Source of the DNA: a virus
Lineage: Duplodnaviria; Caudoviricetes
Length of the DNA: 64,000 bases
Direction: 5' to 3' (one strand)
Virus record (IMG/VR): IMGVR_UViG_3300020576_004755
Location: 96,001-160,000 of that record
Under the pieces are notes generated by a model. It had not been told where the DNA came from. It did no database searches and worked only from the letters and a program-made list of their open reading frames with translations. Each line of letters starts with the position of its first letter. The first letter of the stretch is position 1. Below, in pieces: positions 56,865 through 64,000 of this stretch. Both the position numbers and the translations under genes were made by a program.

Positions 56865-57122
56865 TTACTTCCTTCTGCCATTCTCTATGTCATGCCAGAT
56901 ATCTTCAAAAGCACGATAGTCTTCACTAGCACAATTTGCATAGAATGATCCAGCTTTTCTAAAGAACCATCCAGTCTTCATTGGATAGTCGCTATTCATA
57001 TACAAGAAATTATAGTGAATTGCATCTGGTTTATTTGGATTCATTGCCAGAGTGCGAAACTTCACTTGTGAAAGAATACGAACTCGCGTTTCTGTGTGCT
57101 TATATGAAGTTCGAATTGTCAT
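56865..57122 (-). CDS. MTIR-tag family orphan
   Basis: starts MTIRTSYK. Confidence 0.7.
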   Translation of the reverse strand: MTIRTSYKHTETRVRILSQVKFRTLAMNPNKPDAIHYNFLYMNSDYPMKTGWFFRKAGSFYANCASEDYRAFEDIWHDIENGRRK

Positions 57123-57127
57123 GTGCT

Positions 57128-57469
57128 TTATTTTTCGTTTTTTCTGTCTCTCAGCAAGGGATATCCAATCTTCCGACAGATTTCGTAGTAGACAGGCAAT
57201 ATCTCTATCATGGCTTTTTCCGGTACGTTGTCAAACATGGCACTAAACGTTTCGATTGGATACCATTCAATCTTCGACAAGCCATTGTCATTTATCCACT
57301 GTGATATCCGTGAGCTGCATGTAAACAGAGTGCAAAATCTTCGTGTTTTATGAACAGAAAGATGAAACACTTTGCTCTGAACATCATAGAACGCAAACTG
57401 GTTGATCTGCTTTAGAGCTACTTGAAGTCTTGGAAGCTGCTCTTCCGAATATTGGCTTCTAATGGTCAT
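57128..57469 (-). CDS. MTIR-tag family orphan
   Basis: starts MTIRSQY. Confidence 0.7.
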   Translation of the reverse strand: MTIRSQYSEEQLPRLQVALKQINQFAFYDVQSKVFHLSVHKTRRFCTLFTCSSRISQWINDNGLSKIEWYPIETFSAMFDNVPEKAMIEILPVYYEICRKIGYPLLRDRKNEK

Positions 57470-57851
57470 TGTATTCTCGCAAGATTTCTTCTATGAATTG
57501 ATGAGCCTTGCGAGTCGAGTCGTTTTTTGGATCTTTCTTCCAAGGGATTGTTACATACTGCTTGGTCCAAACGTTGAACTTGCTTATATCATCCCAATTG
57601 CGAGATTTACCATTAACTTGATAGTAGACCGTAACTTTTCCTTCTTGGAATTTTGAAACAGGAAACTCTAAAGGATGCTCACAGTTTGGTATAACCACCC
57701 CTAAAGTAAAGTAATAGGACGTTCGTTCGCTACTTCTCATGCTCAGTAGACTACTACAGGCTCTTTGAGTAAAGATATAAACCCTCGTCTTCTTTTGTTT
57801 CCAAAAGAGATTAGAAAGGGGTTTTGATAATGTTGTGGCTCTGATGGTCAT
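57459..57851 (-). CDS. MTIR-tag family orphan
   Basis: starts MTIRATT. Confidence 0.7.
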   Translation of the reverse strand: MTIRATTLSKPLSNLFWKQKKTRVYIFTQRACSSLLSMRSSERTSYYFTLGVVIPNCEHPLEFPVSKFQEGKVTVYYQVNGKSRNWDDISKFNVWTKQYVTIPWKKDPKNDSTRKAHQFIEEILREYNDH

Positions 57852-58180
57852 CGCACTAAAATTGCAACCTTCCTGTGATTCTTATGGAACCATCCCTGCT
57901 TGTTTGGCGGAAAAGACTTTGCATATGAATAGGAGATGTTGTTAATCTCTCTGGCAAGATGGGATTGGCAAGTGTCTCCAAGCCAACAAAAACTTGGCTT
58001 CATTTCATGAAATCTCATATAAATGCTAACGTTGTCGCTACGAAGAAGATTGGTCATTATCAGAACTCCTGGATTATGCTCTGGTTCACGGAACATGGCA
58101 ACATAGATCCATTCGTAATCTCCTGCTACTCCTACCCTGTGATATCTCGCTTTTATCTCTATTGTGGCTCGTATGGTCAT
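57848..58180 (-). CDS. MTIR-tag family orphan
   Basis: starts MTIRATI. Confidence 0.7.
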   Translation of the reverse strand: MTIRATIEIKARYHRVGVAGDYEWIYVAMFREPEHNPGVLIMTNLLRSDNVSIYMRFHEMKPSFCWLGDTCQSHLAREINNISYSYAKSFPPNKQGWFHKNHRKVAILVR

Positions 58181-58518
58181 GAAATTAAAGAGCCTTCCAT
58201 GATAGAAGCAAGTGCTCTGAACTGCCCTGGTCCATACAAGGTATATATGTCAGACATATGCGTACCTTGCATGTAGGCATTCCAGGGACATTCGTAATCT
58301 CCTACATCTCTTGTAAGTTGGTTGATTATGGCAGGATTTCTTGCTGCCGGTGTAGTTGCCAAAGTACCATTGATGATCTTCAAGGCTGCGTCAGAGAAGA
58401 AATAAGCATGAAAGACGTACAGCACAGGATTGACAAAAGCAAAGGAAGGAGAAGAAGAAGAAGAAGAAGGCAGATGACTTCTTGAATACTTTCTTGTTAG
58501 TGAAGCTCGAATGGTCAT
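58177..58518 (-). CDS. MTIR-tag family orphan
   Basis: starts MTIRASL; polyS. Confidence 0.7.
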   Translation of the reverse strand: MTIRASLTRKYSRSHLPSSSSSSPSFAFVNPVLYVFHAYFFSDAALKIINGTLATTPAARNPAIINQLTRDVGDYECPWNAYMQGTHMSDIYTLYGPGQFRALASIMEGSLIS

Positions 58519-58838
58519 AGGTGTCTTTTTCTCATCGTGTTGCTTTCTTTGTCATTTCTTGGATAGGGAATGTCATACACAATGTTGTCGTAGATTTCTC
58601 TAAGCCGACAACTTGGATTATGAACAAGAAATCTGTAAGAAAAAGTGCCGTCATCATCATCATCATCATCATCTACCTCGTCAATAATGCGAAGCAAATA
58701 ACCTTTTGCGTTGCTATGAGAAACGATCTTGAACTTGTAGGTATTACGATATCCAGAGCTCTCGATCAAGGAGGCAGGAAGCTCTATCGATCCATAGCAA
58801 GAGTTTACGTTTCTTAGGTCTGTTGTTCGAATGGTCAT
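58515..58838 (-). CDS. MTIR-tag family orphan
   Basis: MTIRTTD; polyD. Confidence 0.7.
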   Translation of the reverse strand: MTIRTTDLRNVNSCYGSIELPASLIESSGYRNTYKFKIVSHSNAKGYLLRIIDEVDDDDDDDDGTFSYRFLVHNPSCRLREIYDNIVYDIPYPRNDKESNTMRKRHL

Positions 58839-58846
58839 AAAATAGT

Positions 58847-59383
58847 CTAACTTCCCTTCTCTCTTTCTCCTCTTCCGATTGAATCCCATATGTCTCGTTC
58901 TTCTGACATGTTCTGATTGCTGCGTTTGAAGTTCACAGAGAACAGAGTTTTGTTATTTGTTGTTCCGTTATCGGAAGAAATGCTTGTGGTACGAGAGATT
59001 GTTGCCGTGATTCTTCCTACTTCATAACTGCCAACACCGAACGGACTGTTAAAATCTTTCTCAATAGCTCTGTAATAATTCAAGTCCTCAAGGGTGTAAG
59101 TGCGGACCTTTCCATCAACAGCTTCTTCATAAGCTATTTTGTCAAGAATTCGATCAATGTTTGACTGGATCCTATCTGTCCAGTAAGCATGGGAGTCTGG
59201 ATCTGGATACTTCTTTACATGAGTGAACGTATTGAGGAGCAATAGTCCCGATCCATCTATCATTGCTTCTCTTTTTATTCCTTTTCTTTTGCAAATGACA
59301 TCTCCAAATAAAAGAGAAGAAGAAGAAAGACTTCTTGCAATGATCTCGATGTTGATTGTTGGTATGGAGATACGGATGGTCAT
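58847..59383 (-). CDS. MTIR-tag family orphan
   Basis: starts MTIRISI. Confidence 0.7.
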   Translation of the reverse strand: MTIRISIPTINIEIIARSLSSSSLLFGDVICKRKGIKREAMIDGSGLLLLNTFTHVKKYPDPDSHAYWTDRIQSNIDRILDKIAYEEAVDGKVRTYTLEDLNYYRAIEKDFNSPFGVGSYEVGRITATISRTTSISSDNGTTNNKTLFSVNFKRSNQNMSEERDIWDSIGRGEREKGS

Positions 59384-59817
59384 TGTTTCTGTTCTTCCTC
59401 TTTGTCAAACAGAAGATGAAACTGTTCAGAAGAAGTGGTCTGACAGATTGACGATGAATCAAAGCCTTTGTCAACGCTCAGGAACTTCAATACAGGCTTG
59501 TATCCTGAATAGAATGCGCCATCGCGACACAATACAAGTTGCCTTGTTGTATAGGTTCCCATTCCGGTAGGAGAACGTTCAATGGCATCAATGACACGTT
59601 GGTTTTGCATGATAGATTTTTCGTAAAACAGTCTGTCTTTTTTATGCTTTGCTGTGTACATAAGCCTGTTTAGATTGTCATTCTGTTGTTTCAAGTTCTT
59701 TGCCATTGCAGCTTGGTCAAAGTTCATTACATGCTTGGTAACGATCTTGATCCCTTTGTCTCTAAGGAAGAGGAGGGAGGAGAATGATAGATCTTTTTGT
59801 TGTCTACGGATGGTCAT
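59380..59817 (-). CDS. MTIR-tag family orphan
   Basis: starts MTIRRQQ. Confidence 0.7.
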   Translation of the reverse strand: MTIRRQQKDLSFSSLLFLRDKGIKIVTKHVMNFDQAAMAKNLKQQNDNLNRLMYTAKHKKDRLFYEKSIMQNQRVIDAIERSPTGMGTYTTRQLVLCRDGAFYSGYKPVLKFLSVDKGFDSSSICQTTSSEQFHLLFDKEEEQKQ

Positions 59818-59837
59818 ATAGAATGGAATATAACCCC

Positions 59838-59867
59838 ATTATAGGTTATTGTGCGCCGACAATAAAC
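59838..59867 (-). promoter_or_regulatory. GTTTATT-class promoter
   Basis: GTTTATT-N17-TATAAT. Confidence 0.7.
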
Positions 59868-59941
59868 AAAAGAAGGGATTTTCTCAAATGTGCTCTTGAA
59901 AGCAAGAGCAATTGCCGCTAAAAATAGGAAGATTGTTGTTA

Positions 59942-60343
59942 TTATCTATTGCCGACACTAAAACTGCCAAGAGGAAGATCTAGCAGATGAGGACAGTGAT
60001 CTAAGATAGCTTGCCTGGTAATGGCATGAAGCTTTCTATTGATCTCGTCACATTCATCATTCCATTTTTTGTTAAAAGTGGCATATACATGCTCTTGAGA
60101 AGAAGAACAGTTAAGCCGAAAGAGAGTTCCTTTAACGGTATCCATGGAATACTCTGATGAGCTATTAGAGGAAGAAGAAGAACTAGCATCATGAGAATGG
60201 AAGTTCAGTCTAACGTATGTATAAGGAAACCCAAAGGCTCTTGAATGGTTGGCTTGGATAGCTTGTTTGTATTGCCAGAGAAAGCTATCCGATAGCTTTA
60301 CTGTTTCTAATAAGACTGTTGTTCTTGTTCTTCTGATTGTCAT
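59942..60343 (-). CDS. MTIR-tag family orphan (first gene of the tract)
   Basis: starts MTIRRTR. Confidence 0.7.
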   Translation of the reverse strand: MTIRRTRTTVLLETVKLSDSFLWQYKQAIQANHSRAFGFPYTYVRLNFHSHDASSSSSSNSSSEYSMDTVKGTLFRLNCSSSQEHVYATFNKKWNDECDEINRKLHAITRQAILDHCPHLLDLPLGSFSVGNR

Positions 60344-60377
60344 AAGTTCCTGACAGTAGTCTTTAGTCGTATAGATA

Positions 60378-60450
60378 CCAATAAGCTACGTCCCAATAAG
60401 CTTACAGTAAAAGCTTAAATAAGCTTACAGTAAAGCTACCAATAAGCTTA
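60378..60450. repeat. short direct repeats (CC)AATAAGCT x4, two extended as AATAAGCTTACAGTAAA
   Basis: read directly from sequence. Confidence 0.8.
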
Positions 60451-60474
60451 GCCCCTCAACAAAGCAAAGTAAAC
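60445..60474 (-). promoter_or_regulatory. early-type promoter heading the MTIR tract
   Basis: GTTTACt-N17-TAAGCT. Confidence 0.5.
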
Positions 60475-60625
60475 ATAATCGAATGGATTCTTATTCCATT
60501 GTGAGATTATTCAAAGTGTTCAGAGTAAGTGCCACCAATGATAGGGGTAGGGTGGCTATAGGTGGGTACCCCTACCGTATTAGTGAGGGGTTTACACATG
60601 CAGAAAGTGGTGCTAAGGGCTTAAA

Positions 60626-60700
60626 GGAATTTTTTGGGAAATTTGGAGGTCAATTTGGAAATTTTTTTCCTGGAAAATTTTTTTCTGGGAAATTTTTTCC
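60626..60700. repeat. degenerate GGAAATTTTTT tandem repeats
   Basis: about six GG(G)AA(A)TTT(n) units. Confidence 0.75.
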
Positions 60701-60707
60701 ATACTTA
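60701..60707 (+). promoter_or_regulatory. putative late promoter motif ATACTTA
   Basis: 8 nt before ATG 60716. Confidence 0.4.
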
Positions 60708-60715
60708 TAGGGAAT

Positions 60716-61951
60716 ATGTCAACCAACAACAATAACAGTAATAGCAACAATAGAACCTTTGGTGTGGAATTCGAACTGTTCTTTACGAACAAGGGATGGG
60801 TACAGTTTGTATATGACAACAGGGATGTTATAGGACCAGAGGTTATGAGAACAAGAGTTCCTAGAGAAGATAGAGATATCTTTATGAAAGCTATGAATTC
60901 TGGTAATGCGAAGAAGTTTGAAAACGAAGTCAACATGTTTATGTCTGACAACTATGATGTGATTGAACTTGTGCTCTATAAGAAACTGGGCTTTCCTAAG
61001 TCCTGGGAGACTACCAGTGACCAGTCGATCAACGGTGGACAGAGTGAGGCATTCTCTATAGAGATTGTCACTCCACCGCTCTCAGAGGCTTCTGGAGGGT
61101 TTCAAGAGATTGTTAGGTTCTGTCGGGCATTCAAACCCTATGCTTCGGTTAACAAGTCTACAGGCTTGCATGTTCATGTTGATGCCAGGGAGTTTGTTAA
61201 AAAGAGCGAACAAAAGAATCTATCTCATAGACTCTTGGTTGCTCTTATGAGCTATAAGAGCGTTGAGCCTTTGTTTGATCAACTTGTTGCTGCCAGCAGA
61301 AGAGGAAACAAGAACAAGAAAATGGCACAGGCTACTCCAAAGGAAGAAGAACTCTATGGTGCTTACAAGGCTGCCATAAAGAGAGATAGCAAAGACCTAG
61401 AGAGTTACATTTCTACCTTTCAGGGCGATAGATATAACAAACTCAATCTTTGGAGTCTTGAGAAGCACGGAACCCTTGAGTTTCGACAAATGCATGGAAC
61501 CCTTAACGAGAAGCTCATCATTGGTTGGACCAAGCTTGCTCTTAACTTCATTGAACAAGTCCTTAAGACCGATGCAGAGCTTAGATCATACTTTATTGAG
61601 CAACAGAAGCTCATAAAGAACCAATACGGTCAAGTTAAGAAAGACCTTGAGACTCAATATCCGAAAATGAAGGATATTGACATAGACCTCATCATAGACG
61701 AGTTGATCCATAGCAATGATGATTTTTGGTTATCGCGCGTTGTTCAAAATCCAAAAGACTTACAAAATGCAAAGAAGATTATTTTTGCACTTAAGAACAA
61801 CTCTGTTGATTCGAGGGCAGCGATCGATTATCTAAAACAAGTGATTGCAAAGAACCAAAAGAACCTTGTTCCAACAAGAACCTATAACCAAGCCAAGCAG
61901 GCATATCAAGCAAACCCATTGGCAGAAGAACAAGAACAGCAAGAACAATGA
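60716..61951 (+). CDS. putative amidoligase (COOH-NH2 ligase, Amidoligase_2 family)
   Basis: TFGVEFE, D.SI, EIVTPPL, STGLHVHV, RYNKLN, GTLEFR..HGT. Confidence 0.85.
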   Translation: MSTNNNNSNSNNRTFGVEFELFFTNKGWVQFVYDNRDVIGPEVMRTRVPREDRDIFMKAMNSGNAKKFENEVNMFMSDNYDVIELVLYKKLGFPKSWETTSDQSINGGQSEAFSIEIVTPPLSEASGGFQEIVRFCRAFKPYASVNKSTGLHVHVDAREFVKKSEQKNLSHRLLVALMSYKSVEPLFDQLVAASRRGNKNKKMAQATPKEEELYGAYKAAIKRDSKDLESYISTFQGDRYNKLNLWSLEKHGTLEFRQMHGTLNEKLIIGWTKLALNFIEQVLKTDAELRSYFIEQQKLIKNQYGQVKKDLETQYPKMKDIDIDLIIDELIHSNDDFWLSRVVQNPKDLQNAKKIIFALKNNSVDSRAAIDYLKQVIAKNQKNLVPTRTYNQAKQAYQANPLAEEQEQQEQ

Positions 61952-63606
61952 ATAGTAGTATTATCAACAATAACAGAACCTTTGGTCTTGAGTTTGAGCT
62001 TGGATATCCAAGCGAGGCTAACTACATTTCCCTTATTCTCGACAACATCAATGCTCTTGAGAGATTCAGAGACTATGAGTATGATGACGATGAAGAACTT
62101 AATGCAGAAGACCCATCAAGAGAAGCTAGAGTAAAGAAGGAATATAACCTTGTTATCTCTAGAAAACATCCAAAGACGGACTACTACACGGACATTGTTT
62201 ATTTCCTGTTCAACTTCTTGCAGAAATACTATTATTTCAGAGATTTTGCAGACCCAGAGCATCCAGACACTTATGAACTTATGCGAGTCATCCTTGACTC
62301 TAGAGGTTTTAAAGGATGGGACGTTCACCTTGATTCGTCTATCAAGAAGCTAAAGCTATCCATGGAGATTGTTACTCCTCCTCTTATGTTCAGTCCAGAC
62401 TCTATTGGGCAAGTGACTAGGTTCTGCAACTGGATGCAGAAGTATGCCATGGTCAATGATACCACGGGTCTTCATTGTCACGTAGACGCAAGGGAGTTCA
62501 AAGAAGTTCCTGCTAAGTTCACAGAAAGACTTGTCTTGGCTTTGTTTCATTACAAGAGCCTTGAACCTGTTTTTGATAATCTTGTGATGGCACAAAGAAG
62601 AGGGAATGAAGCGTACTTTGCTCAAAGCGGTCCAGAGATTGAAAGATTGCTTAGCATCTACAAGAATGCCATTGTGGATAAGAATGCATACGCAGACGAG
62701 CTTATCACAATGTTCCAAGATGAAAGGTACTTCAAGCTCAACCTTCATTCCCTAGAGAAACATGGTACCTTGGAGTTCCGTCAGATGCACGGAACATTAA
62801 ATCCAATCCTCGTTAAGAACTGGGTAACTATCTGCGTTAGCTTCGTTAACATGATTCTATCCACAGAACACCTGTTCTTGGATCTATTCTCAAAGCTCAA
62901 CAAGGAGCTGGCAGCAAACCAACAATCCAGCAGCACTCTCCCTAGAGAACGAATCGATCATATGATTGAAAGCGGAGAGCAATTCTACACCGTTGGAATA
63001 CCTTCTGTTATAGCGGTAGCGATAAGAAATGCATTTTATCCTTCTTCTCCTTCTGGGGGAGATACTGTTGAAAGCAAGAATGCTTCGTTTGTATATAACA
63101 AGATAGCAACAGCAAAACCGCCGCAGCTTGGACTCTCGTACGTTGGATTCATTGAAGACAAACAGCTATATCGCTGGTATCTAGATCTAACCAAGATCAA
63201 ATCATGGATGGACCAAGTTAGCGGACAGGCTCTTCCTGATACTGTGTTTCAAGCTCTGCTTCAAAGGGTAAAAAATGGCATTCGTAGATACTATAATGAT
63301 CCTGAGAACATTTATGTCGAGGCTGCTGATGACCTAGAGACACCTAAGCTTGTTGCAATCTCTATGACTGAAAATATATTGAATAATCGATTTGGAAGGT
63401 TTGAAACAATCGACCGTCTATCCAACAGAAGAGCAAAAGACAACCAAACCATTAACCGAGTTGGCCAAGACTTCAAACAAACCCAATATGACCTTGCAAA
63501 GAATACACCTGGCATAAACAAGTCTAGAGCAATTGCGCAGGCAAGAAGACAAACCGAAAGAAGACCTCTTGCAGAAGATTATCTGGATGAGATAGAACTT
63601 TTTTGA
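61948..63606 (+). CDS. putative amidoligase (Amidoligase_2 family) with C-terminal extension; tandem paralog
   Basis: TFGLEFE, DSSI, EIVTPPL, TTGLHCHV, RYFKLN, GTLEFRQMHGT. Confidence 0.85.
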   Translation: MNSSIINNNRTFGLEFELGYPSEANYISLILDNINALERFRDYEYDDDEELNAEDPSREARVKKEYNLVISRKHPKTDYYTDIVYFLFNFLQKYYYFRDFADPEHPDTYELMRVILDSRGFKGWDVHLDSSIKKLKLSMEIVTPPLMFSPDSIGQVTRFCNWMQKYAMVNDTTGLHCHVDAREFKEVPAKFTERLVLALFHYKSLEPVFDNLVMAQRRGNEAYFAQSGPEIERLLSIYKNAIVDKNAYADELITMFQDERYFKLNLHSLEKHGTLEFRQMHGTLNPILVKNWVTICVSFVNMILSTEHLFLDLFSKLNKELAANQQSSSTLPRERIDHMIESGEQFYTVGIPSVIAVAIRNAFYPSSPSGGDTVESKNASFVYNKIATAKPPQLGLSYVGFIEDKQLYRWYLDLTKIKSWMDQVSGQALPDTVFQALLQRVKNGIRRYYNDPENIYVEAADDLETPKLVAISMTENILNNRFGRFETIDRLSNRRAKDNQTINRVGQDFKQTQYDLAKNTPGINKSRAIAQARRQTERRPLAEDYLDEIELF

Positions 63607-63654
63607 TCTTTTGTTGTATACTTATCCTTGGCAACACCATCGAAAAGAGTATAT

Positions 63655-64000
63655 ATGCTTGTAACTGACATTCAAAACAGAATTAATTCTGGTGAAAACT
63701 TATTTCATTACACTATATTTGATGTAAATCATATTAGTCCACATAAAAATGGCATTATATATAAAGTAAAATTTACTATAGATGACAAACAGCAATTAGT
63801 TGAATTTGTCGAATCTAGTGGCAAAAGATTTTTGAAAATCAATTTTGCAGATGGAAGCTTTAAGCATTTATCTGTAATTGGCTATGTATGTGGTCTTACT
63901 GCTGACAACAGGGATGCAGTTTGTGGTATTACTAATATTTTTGCAAAAAATTACAACGGAAATGAAAATTCCGGTGGAGTGTATAAATTAGTAAATCCAA
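63655..64000 (+). CDS. hypothetical protein, 3' truncated; AT-rich
   Basis: open frame from ATG 63655 to the window end; ATACTTA at 63618. Confidence 0.5.
   Translation, partial: MLVTDIQNRINSGENLFHYTIFDVNHISPHKNGIIYKVKFTIDDKQQLVEFVESSGKRFLKINFADGSFKHLSVIGYVCGLTADNRDAVCGITNIFAKNYNGNENSGGVYKLVNP

Noticed and set aside
18621-60343. Short ORFs as fragments caused by stop-codon reassignment
   Set aside because: Adjacent ORFs are in different frames, each has its own tagged start, all three stops are used, and known enzymes are full length under code 11.
18621-60343. Integron cassette array, CRISPR array or DGR as the explanation for the repeated motif
   Set aside because: There is no intergenic space for attC-like hairpins, the motif is not identical at the DNA level, spacing is gene-sized, and no integrase, cas or reverse transcriptase gene is in the window.
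18621-60343. MTIR explained only by ATGA stop/start overlap
   Set aside because: The overlap favours Thr at position 2 but not Ile-Arg at 3-4; non-overlapping and MAIR/MPIR members keep I-R, and untagged ATGA-coupled genes do not have it.
18621-60343. Relation to TIR (Toll/IL-1 receptor) domains
   Set aside because: Coincidence of letters only; no TIR-domain motifs seen.
60378-60450. Mini-CRISPR array
   Set aside because: Repeats are only 8-17 nt with no spacer-length unique segments.
60483-60710. 75-aa ORF in the strand-switch region
   Set aside because: Its C-terminal half is a translation of the low-complexity GGAAATTTT repeats; probably non-coding.
1-64000. tRNA or rRNA genes
   Set aside because: No cloverleaf or T-loop/CCA pattern noticed in the few intergenic gaps; tRNAscan-SE was not run.

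Overview
This is a 64-kb segment of a large (jumbo-type, T4/myovirus-like) bacteriophage genome: dense overlapping ORFs, standard genetic code, no rRNA, tRNA, CRISPR array or mobile element seen. Left part (1-18.5 kb): nucleotide metabolism, DNA modification and RNA repair genes (DNA ligase, endonuclease VII-like, ThyX, nucleoside deoxyribosyltransferase-like, two adenine MTases, RNA ligase, PNK-like kinase, metallophosphoesterase, SLOG protein, peptide deformylase), plus a small inverted block of probable late proteins that share a 'KIT.SQ.K..I.E' peptide. The main unexplained structure is a ~42-kb minus-strand tract (18.6-60.3 kb) holding about 75 short, mostly mutually unrelated orphan genes that nearly all begin M-[T/A/S/P/G]-I-R (often followed by x-[T/S]-[F/Y]). 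The motif is written with varied synonymous codons and is kept after GTG/TTG starts, which points to a protein-level N-terminal tag on a hypervariable gene library. A phage peptide deformylase sits just downstream of the tract and a ClpP protease gene lies inside it. Also seen: T4-early-like GTTTACA promoters that give leaderless or near-leaderless transcripts, a GTTTATT promoter variant, a putative late ATA(C/T)TTA motif, a repeat-rich strand-switch region at 60.35-60.7 kb, and two tandem amidoligase-family genes. All product calls come from recognising motifs by eye; no database search was run.
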